Counted from the stretch's first letter, positions 1 to 9,069 are shown. The stretch is 64,000 nt of DNA from Candidatus Micrarchaeota archaeon (GCA_043812915.1 JBDRLQ010000016.1:36318-100317), one strand, 5' to 3'. Made by a program: numbers and translations. The notes: generated by a model not told the origin, from the letters alone.

Positions 1-17
1 ATCTTGATCTATCAGAA

Positions 18-668
18 ATGGAAGAGGAATTCAGGATAGAATTCACTTCTGCCTCTACTCAATTGGAAGGGAACACATTTACTTTAGATGAATCTAAGGA
101 GCTTATTTTACATGATGTTATTCCCGGTGATAAGAAGTTACGGGAGGCAAATGAGGTAAAAAATTATTATAACGCCGTTAACTATTTCCTTTCTCATTTA
201 GAAGATCCAATGTCTTTGGATCTGATTCTTGATTTGCATTGGATTATTGTTTATAATTTGGGTGTAAAAGAAGGTGTTCGTTCATCCAGAGTCTCGATAA
301 AAGGAAATCCGTTTTACAAAGTTGCTAACTTTCAGGAAATATTCCCTAAATTAGACGAGCTATGCAAGAAGATCAATGATTTTATCTCAAAGAAACATTC
401 AACAAAAGAAACCATTGAGTTTGCTACGTTTGTCCATAACGAATTTCAGCACATACATCCTTTCGAGGATGGAAACAGCAGAATGACTCGGCTCATGTGG
501 AACTATATTCTGATGAAAGGTGGATTTCCATTGATCAATATCTATTCGAATACAAGAGAAGAATATCTTTCTTTAACGAAGTTATCACGACATAGAGATG
601 ATGTAAAACTGAATGCGTTCCTAGTGAGGATTATCAAGGATAATCTATACAAAAGACTTAGGGTATAA
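18..668 (+). CDS. Fic/Doc family protein (Fido domain). Possibly 5'-truncated by the window edge, because the upstream frame is open to position 3.
   Basis: Canonical Fic motif HPFxDGNxR is present as HPFEDGNSRMTRL. The gene is AT-rich (about 35% GC by eye) against a roughly 55-60% GC background. Confidence 0.75.
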   Translation: MEEEFRIEFTSASTQLEGNTFTLDESKELILHDVIPGDKKLREANEVKNYYNAVNYFLSHLEDPMSLDLILDLHWIIVYNLGVKEGVRSSRVSIKGNPFYKVANFQEIFPKLDELCKKINDFISKKHSTKETIEFATFVHNEFQHIHPFEDGNSRMTRLMWNYILMKGGFPLINIYSNTREEYLSLTKLSRHRDDVKLNAFLVRIIKDNLYKRLRV

Positions 669-920
669 AAGGACTTTCCATTAATATGCAGAATATTGCA
701 TAATTATGCTGGATGTTGCATGATTGCTACGAGATTCTTATTAGATATCTAAAGTGCGGCCGTGGCCCTCTTCTTCTTTAAAGGTCTGTTCTGGGAACCA
801 CGTTTCCCGAAGTGACCTTCAATATCCTCCTGGCCTTTCTAAGATGTTAAAAAGAAGATTATATTTAGAATTAAAAAAAAAGAATATAGCAAAATCCTTA
901 GTAACTAATAATCAGGAACT

Positions 921-1058
921 TTAGAATCTGCTTTTTGGTTTGTAGCAATCCCTGCAATATACCGGTCTGCCTTCTTGCGGCTCGAAAGGTACTCTGCAAG
1001 CTTTACCACATTTTGCACAGGTCGCGTCATACATCGGCCTGTCTTCTCTGTCTCCCAT
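921..1058 (-). CDS. small (45 aa) Cys4 zinc-ribbon protein
   Basis: Manual translation of the minus strand gives MGDREDRPMYDATCAKCGKACRVPFEPQEGRPVYCRDCYKPKSRF. It has a CxxC-x17-CxxC pattern. It falls below the ORF-track length cutoff. The overlapping plus-strand ORF 935..1126 looks non-coding. Confidence 0.5.
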   Translation of the reverse strand: MGDREDRPMYDATCAKCGKACRVPFEPQEGRPVYCRDCYKPKSRF

Positions 1059-1320
1059 ATTATTTCACCTATATTTCCTCTGAGATTAAGTTCTCAGATG
1101 AAATAGTTGTGTTGGTCTATGTTTAAAAATATATGTTTGTGCCAGTTCCTGTCATGTTCTGGTCAGGGAATCCGGGGGATTTAATCATTTTCCTTAATTC
1201 TCATAAATCTTTTTATTCTATCTCATATTTATGGTCTCTAGAAGGAATTTGGATCGGAGCCTTGCCAGCGAGGAGGTTGATCTCTTATTCTATCTCATAA
1301 TTGAAAAAGGGGGGAAGCGC

Positions 1321-1548
1321 ATGCTCAAGCCCCTGAAAATCGATAGCAAGGTTCCATTGAAGCTTATCCGTGCAATTGCGGATGATGCCATAGTACCCAG
1401 TTTCTACGACACACTCGCCAGGAATCTGCGCGAGCGCGGCGTTGCCTCGGGTTCCCGGGTCCAACTGCGCGCCAAATTCAGCCCCAACCATGAGATGGTT
1501 GATCCATCTCTCAAAGGCACCCGGATACTCTGCGAAGTGGATGTCTAA
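1321..1548 (+). CDS. hypothetical protein (start uncertain; the ORF extends to 1231)
   Basis: Host-like GC content, and third codon positions look like coding sequence. I recognise no family. The antisense ORF 1285..1491 is less protein-like. Confidence 0.35.
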   Translation: MLKPLKIDSKVPLKLIRAIADDAIVPSFYDTLARNLRERGVASGSRVQLRAKFSPNHEMVDPSLKGTRILCEVDV

Positions 1549-1577
1549 ATTCCCACTTTAAAAGAAAAAGGAAAAAA

Positions 1578-2129
1578 TCAGGGATTGCAGCAGTTGCATC
1601 CCTCTTCAAAGCACATGCATTCCGGTTCGTAATATCCTCTGGCATGCTTGCATGAGGGGCACTCTTCTGGCGGCTCGGTCCCCTCATGGATGTAGCCGCA
1701 TTTGCTGCATTTCCATCTTATCGGCTTCTCCCTCTTGAAAACGGCTTCATCCTCCACCATCTTCAGGAGCCTTCTGTATCTGGCTTCGTGGTGCTTCTCA
1801 ACTTTTGCAATCTGTATGAAGAGCTTTGCAGCCTCGGCATTCCCTTCCTCAAGGGCCTGCTTTGCGAATGAAGGGTACATATCAGTAGTCTCATAGTGCT
1901 CCCCTTCGATTGCCGCTTTCAGGTTCTCTTCGGTATCCCCGATTCCGTTCAAAAGCTTGAATTCGTCCTTGGCGTGCTGAACCTCGTTCTCAGCGGTTTC
2001 CTCAAAGATTTTGGCGATGTAGTGTAAGCCCTGCGCCCTTGCGACTTTCGCAAAATACATATACTTGTTCCTCGCCTGGCTCTCTCCTGCAAATGCGGTC
2101 TTCAGGTTCTCTTCTGTCTTTGTCATCAA
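1578..2129 (-). CDS. rbr: rubrerythrin: diiron four-helix bundle plus C-terminal rubredoxin-like domain, with an extra Cys-rich tail
   Basis: ExxH diiron motifs are present ([19 protein letters not shown]). The rubredoxin-like domain has CSKC...CPSC. An unusual C-terminal extension [14 protein letters not shown] follows. Confidence 0.85.
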   Translation of the reverse strand: MMTKTEENLKTAFAGESQARNKYMYFAKVARAQGLHYIAKIFEETAENEVQHAKDEFKLLNGIGDTEENLKAAIEGEHYETTDMYPSFAKQALEEGNAEAAKLFIQIAKVEKHHEARYRRLLKMVEDEAVFKREKPIRWKCSKCGYIHEGTEPPEECPSCKHARGYYEPECMCFEEGCNCCNP

Positions 2130-2417
2130 TTCACCTTGGTATTATTGGTAATGTGTAAAGTTGAAAAATCCATTCATTAACCTGACCAAATAATCGAAGA
2201 AAAAGTATGGTAAAATTCTCTGCAGGGTTTTCAAGGCCGAAACCAAAAGTCTATGGCTCTGCACCTAGCTGATAACCCGGCCCGTACGTACTGCCATTTC
2301 CTTACGGACAAGTCACTAAGTTCAGCGGCTTCCACAACCCTGCAGAAGGTTAGGGGTATTTCATTAACATTTATATTTCTTTCTGCACTGTTCCAGATTC
2401 TTTTACATATTATGTAA

Positions 2418-2798
2418 CTATAATATCGAAATCTGGACAGACTTCACCTTTTTCTCCCTCTTCAAATGAGAAAACAACTCCCTAATCTGCTCGGCTTTCC
2501 CGCAGGTAATCAGTATCTTCAGGCACCTGCTGGCATGATGCTGGTGGATCTCGGTAACCACTATCTCCTCGAAGTCCTTCACAAGGCTGTTCATCTCCCC
2601 TTTTCCGTGCTCTTCCATGGTTATTGTGAAGACCGCGTCCACATGCCCCTTGATCGACTCCAGGGCCCGGTATTCATTGAGGAGGGAATCAATCGTCGCC
2701 CGGATAAGCTTTGACCTGCTCCGGAATCCAAGCTTCCCCTGCGTCTTGTTCAGTTCCGCAAGATTTTTTTTGTCGAGTGAAATACTGACAATCTCCAT
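2418..2798 (-). CDS. nikR: NikR-like nickel-responsive ribbon-helix-helix regulator
   Basis: N-terminal RHH (ISLDKKNLAELNK...SRSKLIRATIDSLL). C-terminal His/Cys-rich metal-binding domain (HQHHASRC...TCGK). Length 126 aa. Transcribed divergently from a ZIP transporter. Confidence 0.6.
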   Translation of the reverse strand: MEIVSISLDKKNLAELNKTQGKLGFRSRSKLIRATIDSLLNEYRALESIKGHVDAVFTITMEEHGKGEMNSLVKDFEEIVVTEIHQHHASRCLKILITCGKAEQIRELFSHLKREKKVKSVQISIL

Positions 2799-2840
2799 TT
2801 TTCCACGTCTTTTATTAATTTTTTTAGTACATTGAGTCCT

Positions 2841-2853
2841 AAGTTAATAACTT
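2841..2853. promoter_or_regulatory. 13-bp perfect palindrome AAGTTAATAACTT in the nikR/ZIP divergent intergenic region (candidate operator)
   Basis: Read directly from the sequence. It lies between divergent genes, about 40 bp upstream of the ZIP start and next to an AT-rich TATA-like box at about 2860-2871. Confidence 0.4.
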
Positions 2854-2894
2854 TCTTCAATATATTTATTAACCTATGCTGGACAGAAACAATC

Positions 2895-3620
2895 ATGGCA
2901 GGTGAATTTCTCTGGATAATGGGGGCTGCGGCGCTTGACGCGCTGCTGGGTTTTGTGGGCGTGTTCTCTCTTTGGCTCAGCAAGCAGGACCTTAGAAAAA
3001 TTGTTGACATCCTAACGGCGCTAGCCGCCGGCAGCCTGCTAGGCGGCGCGTTCTTCCACCTGCTCCCGGAATCGCTTGAGGAAATCAAAACAATAGATGT
3101 TTTTCTTCTAGCCCTCGCTGGATTCGTGCTTTTCATATTCCTGGAATCCTACCTTCACTGGCACCACTGCAAGGAGTGTGGAATCCACCCTTTCTCCTAT
3201 GTCATGATTGTGGGTGATGCGGTCCATAATTTCATAGGGGGAATCCTTCTTGCAGCCAGTTTCCTAGTTAGCATTCCGCTTGGCATTGCCACTTTTATTG
3301 CAATCATCGCCCACGAGCTGCCGCAGCAGCTTGGCATCTTCGGGGTGCTCGTCAAGGGCGGTCTCCATCGGGACAAGGCAATATTCTACAGCTTCCTTGC
3401 ACAGTCGACAATCATTCTCGGGGGGCTGGTAGGATATTTCCTTGCCGGCGCCATTGGTGGAATAGTCCCCATGCTCGTTCCGATTGCCGCGGGCAACTTC
3501 ATCTACATCGCTTCTTCGGACCTCATTCCCGAGATGCACAAGGCTGAAGGCTGGGACAAAATAAGGAACCTGATATTCTTCTTCGTGGGCCTTGCCCTGA
3601 TGTGGTTTATCAGGGGCTAG
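2895..3620 (+). CDS. ZIP family metal (Zn/Fe/Ni) permease
   Basis: Multi-TM protein with the HELPQQLGIFGVL motif typical of ZupT/ZIP. ATG at 2895 chosen over the ORF-track start 2832 because a hydrophobic N-terminus begins there. Confidence 0.7.
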   Translation: MAGEFLWIMGAAALDALLGFVGVFSLWLSKQDLRKIVDILTALAAGSLLGGAFFHLLPESLEEIKTIDVFLLALAGFVLFIFLESYLHWHHCKECGIHPFSYVMIVGDAVHNFIGGILLAASFLVSIPLGIATFIAIIAHELPQQLGIFGVLVKGGLHRDKAIFYSFLAQSTIILGGLVGYFLAGAIGGIVPMLVPIAAGNFIYIASSDLIPEMHKAEGWDKIRNLIFFFVGLALMWFIRG

Positions 3621-4567
3621 AAAACGAGGTTGAAGAGATATCCTATCAGGATTATCCCGAGCGCAATCATTCCGAAGAAAAGGGCCAAGAGCGGAAGTTT
3701 CATCGCCCTCCTTAGGATTATGGCTTCCGGAAGGCTAAGCGCCGCTGTCGCCATCATGAATGAGAGCGCGGTTCCAAGCGGCGCTCCTTTCTGGAACAGG
3801 ACGACCGCGATTGGGACTACCGCGCTGCAGTTTGCGTATATCGGAATTCCAATAAGCACTGCCAGCGGAACCGATAATATGTCCCCTGCGCCGAAAGCGG
3901 AGCTGATGAGCTCTTCCGGAACGAAGCCGTGGATTGCAGCTCCAATCCCGACACCGACAAGCACCCAGAGCCAGAGCTTGAGGAGGATGGTTTTCGCCTC
4001 ATTGAATCCGAAAGCCAGGCGCTTTCCAAAGGTCTGGAATTTCAGCTCTTTAAGTGTCCTGCCGGTAATGTCTTTTATGAGATATCTTTCCATGCCCGCC
4101 TTCCCAAGCAGTATCCCTCCGATGGTGCCGAGCAGGATTCCGATGACTATATAGCTTGCGGCAATCTCCCAGCCGAAGAATCCGAGCATAAGGACGGCGA
4201 CATACTCATTGACCAGTGGGGATGTCACAAGGAATGAGAGCGAGGTCCCGAGTGGGACGCCCGCTTCAAGGAAGCCTATGAATATCGGTATTGATGAGCA
4301 TGAGCAGAATGGGGTGGCAGCTCCGAATAATGATGCCATAAGATTCGGCACCCCGAACGTCTTATGGGTGAGTAGTTTCTTGATTTTGGCCGGGGGCACA
4401 TATGTCCTGATTACTCCCATTATGAATATCATGGCAAAGAGCAGAACCAGTATCTTTATGCTGTCATATATAAAGAAATGCAGCGCTTCTGCTGCAGCGC
4501 TTCCGGATTCAAGGCCCAGCAGCCTCTGGACAATCCAGCCTGCAAACAATTCAAGTGGATCGCTCAT
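3617..4567 (-). CDS. DUF318/UPF0718-type predicted permease
   Basis: Multi-TM protein with Cys-containing motifs. Start chosen at MSDPLEL, which is preceded by a GGAG-like RBS. The ORF extends to 4594. Confidence 0.55.
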   Translation of the reverse strand: MSDPLELFAGWIVQRLLGLESGSAAAEALHFFIYDSIKILVLLFAMIFIMGVIRTYVPPAKIKKLLTHKTFGVPNLMASLFGAATPFCSCSSIPIFIGFLEAGVPLGTSLSFLVTSPLVNEYVAVLMLGFFGWEIAASYIVIGILLGTIGGILLGKAGMERYLIKDITGRTLKELKFQTFGKRLAFGFNEAKTILLKLWLWVLVGVGIGAAIHGFVPEELISSAFGAGDILSVPLAVLIGIPIYANCSAVVPIAVVLFQKGAPLGTALSFMMATAALSLPEAIILRRAMKLPLLALFFGMIALGIILIGYLFNLVF

Positions 4568-4718
4568 TTGCTCTTCTCCTTGCAGCAACAGCATTTCTTG
4601 GATTCCTTCTCAAGCTTGCCATCCAGCTTCCTGAGGAGCTTTCCTAGGAAGCCCTCTTTTTTTTCTTCTGCCATGTGATTGCTGGGCATTGTGGGCTAAA
4701 AAAGATATCTATTTAAAC

Positions 4719-4740
4719 ATTATGAATATATATTCATAAT
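4719..4740. promoter_or_regulatory. 22-bp perfect palindrome ATTATGAATATATATTCATAAT immediately upstream of the DUF134 gene start
   Basis: Exact palindrome read from the sequence. It abuts the ATG at 4741 and contains a TATA-like core. It sits in the divergent region between the DUF318 permease gene and the DUF134 gene. Confidence 0.5.
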
Positions 4741-5043
4741 ATGGTCAGGCCCAAAAAGTGCAGGATGGTTGATGCCGAGCCGGATGCGGACTATTTCAAG
4801 CCGCGCGGGGTTATGCTCCATGAACTTGAGGAAGTGGAGCTTAGTGTTGAAGAGCTCGAGGCTATCCGGCTCAAGGACTACAAGAGGCTTGACCAGATGA
4901 AGGTCGCAAAAAAGATGGGAATCTCACAGCCTTCCCTCCATCGATTGCTCTCTTCCGCTAGACATAAAGTCGCAGAGGCCCTGGTTGATGGAAAGGCAAT
5001 CAAGATTCATGGAGGCAGCTATTCGGTAAGAAGAACAAGGTGA
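4741..5043 (+). CDS. DUF134 family putative DNA-binding protein (sigma-70 region 4-like HTH)
   Basis: About 100 aa. The MxRPKKxRxV N-terminus and the HTH segment MKVAKKMGISQPSLHRLL recall UPF0251/DUF134 proteins. Confidence 0.6.
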   Translation: MVRPKKCRMVDAEPDADYFKPRGVMLHELEEVELSVEELEAIRLKDYKRLDQMKVAKKMGISQPSLHRLLSSARHKVAEALVDGKAIKIHGGSYSVRRTR

Positions 5044-5048
5044 ACTGT

Positions 5049-5279
5049 ATGCCAAGAGGAGATGGAACCGGCCCCTGGTGGGCCCAAGGAAGATGGAATT
5101 GCAGGAAAGGAATGGGAAAAGGCATGGGAGCCGGAAGAGGGATGGGGAAGGGATTTGCCCAGATGGAAGGTGAATACGAACTCAATGGCCTTAAGTGCTA
5201 TGCCAAGAACCTGAAATCCGAACTTGATCAGGCGCTTAAGAGAATCGCTTCAATGGAAAAGAACATTACGAAAAAGTAA
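5049..5279 (+). CDS. DUF5320-like small protein (Gly/Met-rich N-terminus, coiled-coil C-terminus)
   Basis: MPRGDGTGPWW...GMGKGMGAGRGMGKG pattern. Overlaps the DUF134 stop. DUF134 and DUF5320 are a recurrent gene pair. Confidence 0.5.
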   Translation: MPRGDGTGPWWAQGRWNCRKGMGKGMGAGRGMGKGFAQMEGEYELNGLKCYAKNLKSELDQALKRIASMEKNITKK

Positions 5280-5338
5280 CTGCAAGGTTTAAATATTTCT
5301 TTTATGGAATGATTATCCTGCCTTCCATAGATGATATT

Positions 5339-6433
5339 ATGAAATTCGGAATTTCTGCCGTTGTCATACTGATGCTGCTCTCAACCTCATTTGCGGCGCT
5401 GGACCTGACCGTCTATTACGGGATTGGGTGCTCGCACTGCGCAAAGGTGGACACACTCCTGGAAGGGCTCCAGGAAGAATACCAGCTTAATATAGAGAAG
5501 AAGGAAATCTACTATGATGCGGGAAACCGGCAGGACATGTTCGATGTCTATGCGGACTTCGGCATGGATCCTGGAAAGAGCGGGGTCCCGTCACTTGTGT
5601 TGGATGGCAGGTCCCTTCTCATCGGCGAAATGAGCCAGGGCAGGTTCAGGGAAATATTCGATGAGCATCTGGAAAATTCGAGCGTCGCAGGAGTTTACAC
5701 TGCGGATTCGTTCAGCCCGGTGGAGGAAAGAGATCCGACAGCGAACCTTACCCTCTGGATTCTCATTACTGCGGCTGCGGTGGATTCGGTAAATCCGTGC
5801 ACCATCGCGGTGATGACAATGCTCCTTGGGGTAATTATGGCATCAGGAGGCAAGCGAAAAGTGCTTCCCGCGGCAATCACATTCATAGGAATAATCTTCA
5901 TCTCATACTTCTTGATGGGCCTTGGCATCCTGCAGGCGGTCGCGGATACTGGACTTGTGAATCTTTTCCTTGGATTCGTGACTGTTATGGCCCTAGTGCT
6001 GGCAATCCTTGAAATCAAGGCATATCTCCAGTACACTCCAGGCATGCTTTCGGTTGAAATCCCTATGTTTGTCCGGCCGTTCATGAAGAAGGCGATTGCG
6101 AATGCGACATCGCTTCCGGCAGTGGCGCTCGCGGCGCTAATCTGCTCGTTGGTGCTTCTTCCCTGCTCATCCGGTCCATACCTAATGGTCCTTAGCATGC
6201 TGGCAAAGTCCGTCACGCTCCAGGGCCTCTTCTACCTTATAATCTACAATTTAGTATTCATCTTCCCGATGCTGGCAATCGCCGCGATGGTTTACTTCGG
6301 AAAGATATCGGTTGACGAGATTGGCCAGTTCAGGGAGCAGAATATCCAGAAGCTCCATCTGATTGCGGGCCTAATCTTCATCCTGCTCTTTCTTATGCTG
6401 CTCAACCAGATGCTGGGCATCGTGGCGCTATAA
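5339..6433 (+). CDS. thiol:disulfide interchange protein: thioredoxin-like CxxC domain fused to a CcdA/DsbD-type membrane domain
   Basis: N-terminal YGIGCSHCAK (a CxxC thioredoxin fold). C-terminal multi-TM region with a CcdA-like Cys (NPCTIAVM) and a second Cys pair (LLPCSSGP). Confidence 0.65.
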   Translation: MKFGISAVVILMLLSTSFAALDLTVYYGIGCSHCAKVDTLLEGLQEEYQLNIEKKEIYYDAGNRQDMFDVYADFGMDPGKSGVPSLVLDGRSLLIGEMSQGRFREIFDEHLENSSVAGVYTADSFSPVEERDPTANLTLWILITAAAVDSVNPCTIAVMTMLLGVIMASGGKRKVLPAAITFIGIIFISYFLMGLGILQAVADTGLVNLFLGFVTVMALVLAILEIKAYLQYTPGMLSVEIPMFVRPFMKKAIANATSLPAVALAALICSLVLLPCSSGPYLMVLSMLAKSVTLQGLFYLIIYNLVFIFPMLAIAAMVYFGKISVDEIGQFREQNIQKLHLIAGLIFILLFLMLLNQMLGIVAL

Positions 6434-6448
6434 ATTGGGGAAAATTAG

Positions 6449-6466
6449 GGGGGCCCAAAGGCCCCC
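6449..6466. terminator. GC-rich hairpin (7-bp stem GGGGGCC/GGCCCCC, loop CAAA) between convergent genes; candidate bidirectional terminator
   Basis: Read directly from the sequence. It lies 16 nt after the DsbD-like stop and before the 3' end of the convergent minus-strand gene. Confidence 0.45.
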
Positions 6467-6511
6467 GTATTGATGGCGACTAAGAAAAAGACCAAAAGAG
6501 TGGGGTTAGTA

Positions 6512-6763
6512 TTATACATTCTCAAGCCCGGCAAGCGGGCTTTCAGTGCTCAGCTGCTCAATCTTCTTCTGCTGCTCTATCACCATCCCAAGCAGCATCG
6601 ATTCGAAGAGCGTGAGGTCTCCGGCTAGGGCGCATGCCCCTACATGTTCCCTTGCACAGGTGACTAACCTGTCAAACACCTGGCGGTTTCCATCTGTCAG
6701 CCCGTCCCTGTACCGTAAAAGGGAACCAGCCTTTTCCTCCGCAACAGCAACCATGTTTTTCAT
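6512..6763 (-). CDS. hypothetical protein (83 aa)
   Basis: ORF with a GAGGTG RBS-like element 7 nt upstream of the ATG at 6763. I recognise no family. Confidence 0.4.
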   Translation of the reverse strand: MKNMVAVAEEKAGSLLRYRDGLTDGNRQVFDRLVTCAREHVGACALAGDLTLFESMLLGMVIEQQKKIEQLSTESPLAGLENV

Positions 6764-6930
6764 ACACAACACCTCGTGATTATAATGAAGCCCAAGAAGG
6801 GCCCCCATTCCAAACGTCCGGGGGTTGTCCCCCGATTATCAGGAAACTTAATGCTGCGAAGGTAGTTTATAAAGAAAAACCAGGACACCTCATTTCCGCG
6901 GCAATATGCAGAGGCGTTAGAGGTGCCTGC

Positions 6931-8304
6931 CTACTGCTTTTTCGAGCCATTGCCATTCTTTTTTTTACCATTCTGCTGCTTTTCCTGCTTCTGGACTGGC
7001 TTGCCACCATTCTTCTTCTCCTCAATTATCTCCCTGCCCTCATTCGCAACCTCCTCTCCGAAGAAGAGCTCAGCTGCAACCCCGAGCTTGGGAACCATCC
7101 CCGCGCGAATCCTTGGCCAGAGCGGCCTGTCACCGCCAAAGAAGAATATCCCGCCGGTTGCGACAACGTTGGAAAGCACAATCACCCCGAACACGATGGG
7201 TTGGAAATAAGGGATCTCAATCCCATATAACGGGGGAAGGGTTGCAAGCACTGCCGCGGCAAGACCGCGGGGCACCATGTAAGTCACGATGTTCCGGTCC
7301 TTCTCCGGGCCGTTCTTGAAAGCGAGCTTTTCCCCAACCACCCTGGAAATCAGAATCAGGATTGTTAGCGCGATTGCGACAGCAACTACATAAAAGGTGA
7401 AATAGCTAGGGGAGAGAAGGAGGCCGATATAAACAAAGAAGAATGTCCGGACGAAGAATGTCACCTCCTCCTGGAAAATCCTCACGATTGGGGAAACCAG
7501 GCTGTCGGTGCTCCATTTGAATCTCCTTGCAATCACACGCGCGTTGCCAAGCACAAGCCCGAACGCGAAGACCGCGAATCCCCCATTGGCTTTCATCCCC
7601 TCGGTCAGCGCATAAACTACAAAGACCATCCCAAGCGTGAGCATATATGCATACTGCTCTATCCCCAGCTTGTTGCTGAGCACAATCCATATCACAGCGG
7701 ATATTATGCCCACGAAAGTAGCAATCAGGAAAGAACCTAGGAGCAGGTTGCCTATGTCACCTGCGCCGATGCTTGAGGTGATAATAATCTCAATCACAAC
7801 CATCGCGCCGATAATGCACAGAGCATCTGTAATGGATGCCTCCACAGTCAGCATCGCCTTGGTCTCATCGGATACGCCCGCCTTGTCAATCATCGCGATG
7901 ACAATGGCGGAACTGATTCCACCAAGGACCGTTCCAAGCAGCAATCCGTGCAGCAGCGGCCATCCCAAGGCAAAGACAGCAAATCCTGCCAGCAGCAATG
8001 TGCTGGCCATGAACGTTACGAATGTGAATACCGTGCTCCTTGGAAGCGCTTTCACCACGCTGAAGATGTCCAGCATCATCCCGCCGTCAAAAAGCAGGAT
8101 AATCAGGGCAAGCGTGGCGATGAACTGGGATATTGAGATGATGATTGAATCCTCAGATGCGTCGATGAAGCCAGTCATCGGGCCAAGGACGAACCCGAAA
8201 AGCATCAGGATGAGCACCTGCGATATGCGCGTGCGCTCGAAAAGAATGGTTGCCGCGAACCCCATGAACAGGGTAAGCCCTATGACAAGGAAGAACTCAA
8301 TCAT
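6931..8304 (-). CDS. Na+/H+ (cation:proton) antiporter, CPA1/NhaP-type, with a Lys/Gln-rich C-terminal tail
   Basis: 457 aa with 10-12 predicted TM helices. FDGG motif in LLFDGGMMLD. Lys-rich cytoplasmic tail. Confidence 0.7.
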   Translation of the reverse strand: MIEFFLVIGLTLFMGFAATILFERTRISQVLILMLFGFVLGPMTGFIDASEDSIIISISQFIATLALIILLFDGGMMLDIFSVVKALPRSTVFTFVTFMASTLLLAGFAVFALGWPLLHGLLLGTVLGGISSAIVIAMIDKAGVSDETKAMLTVEASITDALCIIGAMVVIEIIITSSIGAGDIGNLLLGSFLIATFVGIISAVIWIVLSNKLGIEQYAYMLTLGMVFVVYALTEGMKANGGFAVFAFGLVLGNARVIARRFKWSTDSLVSPIVRIFQEEVTFFVRTFFFVYIGLLLSPSYFTFYVVAVAIALTILILISRVVGEKLAFKNGPEKDRNIVTYMVPRGLAAAVLATLPPLYGIEIPYFQPIVFGVIVLSNVVATGGIFFFGGDRPLWPRIRAGMVPKLGVAAELFFGEEVANEGREIIEEKKNGGKPVQKQEKQQNGKKKNGNGSKKQ

Positions 8305-8376
8305 GGTATGTTGAGGGAAGAGAGGATTTTAAACCTAACCTTGTTGATATCTATACTGAAATATAGGTGTATCCTC

Positions 8377-9069
8377 ATGAAAAGAAGCAGGAAAAAAACA
8401 CCCAAGGTGAGCAAGAAAATCACCAAACGGAAGCGCTCCTCAAGGAAGGGAGAGCTTGAATTGGGGGAAGTGTTCGTGGTCCTTCTTATGCTTGTCGGAG
8501 TTCTGGCAGGCTCAATGTATCTGGGAAACCAGCAGCTCCACTCAATCCAGGAGGATGACCGGACAATCGGCGACCTTCTTGAGGGCGGACTTATTGAAAT
8601 CGGGGACTCGTTCCTTGATGAGGTCGTATCAGGAAATTATGATGTCACTGCCTACCGATGGATGATTGGCAAGAAGGATGATGTCCCCGATGAGGTTCCG
8701 CTCGGAAGCGAGGGCAGGATGACTGCCGATATCCTTTTCAATGGAGGGTATATTGATAGCGTCCGCGGACTTGCGTTCAAGATATACGCGCCGACAGACG
8801 ATTCTCCAGACCCGAAGACAAGAATCAGGTTCTACGGGGTGTTCTTGAACTACACCACGCCTATGGATCAGTGGCTTGAGGATGACACTGAATTCACCGT
8901 GGACTACTTCCCGTACCCGATGGACCGGAGGTTCATGGAGGGTTGCCACGTGCAGTCTTCGGGGATGTACAGGACCGCTGATGACACTGTTTTCAAGACA
9001 TACTTTTTCGAATGCAGCGTGGTATGGCAGGGAAGCCGGCCTTCCACAATCAATGCCTTTGAGGATTAG
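8377..9069 (+). CDS. hypothetical membrane-anchored or secreted protein. The C-terminal domain is paralogous to the next gene.
   Basis: Basic N-terminus followed by a TM segment. A C-terminal domain of about 190 aa aligns with the 9078..10019 product (TIGDLLEGG...YDVTAYRWM vs TIRQLLDDS...FNTTSYKWL). Confidence 0.55.
   Translation: MKRSRKKTPKVSKKITKRKRSSRKGELELGEVFVVLLMLVGVLAGSMYLGNQQLHSIQEDDRTIGDLLEGGLIEIGDSFLDEVVSGNYDVTAYRWMIGKKDDVPDEVPLGSEGRMTADILFNGGYIDSVRGLAFKIYAPTDDSPDPKTRIRFYGVFLNYTTPMDQWLEDDTEFTVDYFPYPMDRRFMEGCHVQSSGMYRTADDTVFKTYFFECSVVWQGSRPSTINAFED

Noticed and set aside
935-1126. Plus-strand 63-aa ORF
   Set aside because: Poor, Cys/Leu-biased composition. The opposite strand encodes a tidy 45-aa Cys4 zinc-ribbon protein with its own ATG, which is the better explanation.
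2130-2417. Candidate tRNA or ncRNA in the 288-bp rubrerythrin/nikR intergenic region
   Set aside because: No acceptor/T-arm pairing or GTTC-type T-loop could be built by eye. The region may hold promoters or terminators, but I cannot support an RNA gene.
7637-8314. 225-aa plus-strand ORF antisense to the Na+/H+ antiporter gene
   Set aside because: It lies entirely inside a gene with a strong membrane-transporter signature on the other strand. Its composition (Ser/Pro/Met-rich) is typical of antisense reading of a GC-rich gene. The same applies to the many ORFs inside 23.5-27.6 kb and 33.5-38.3 kb on the opposite strand.
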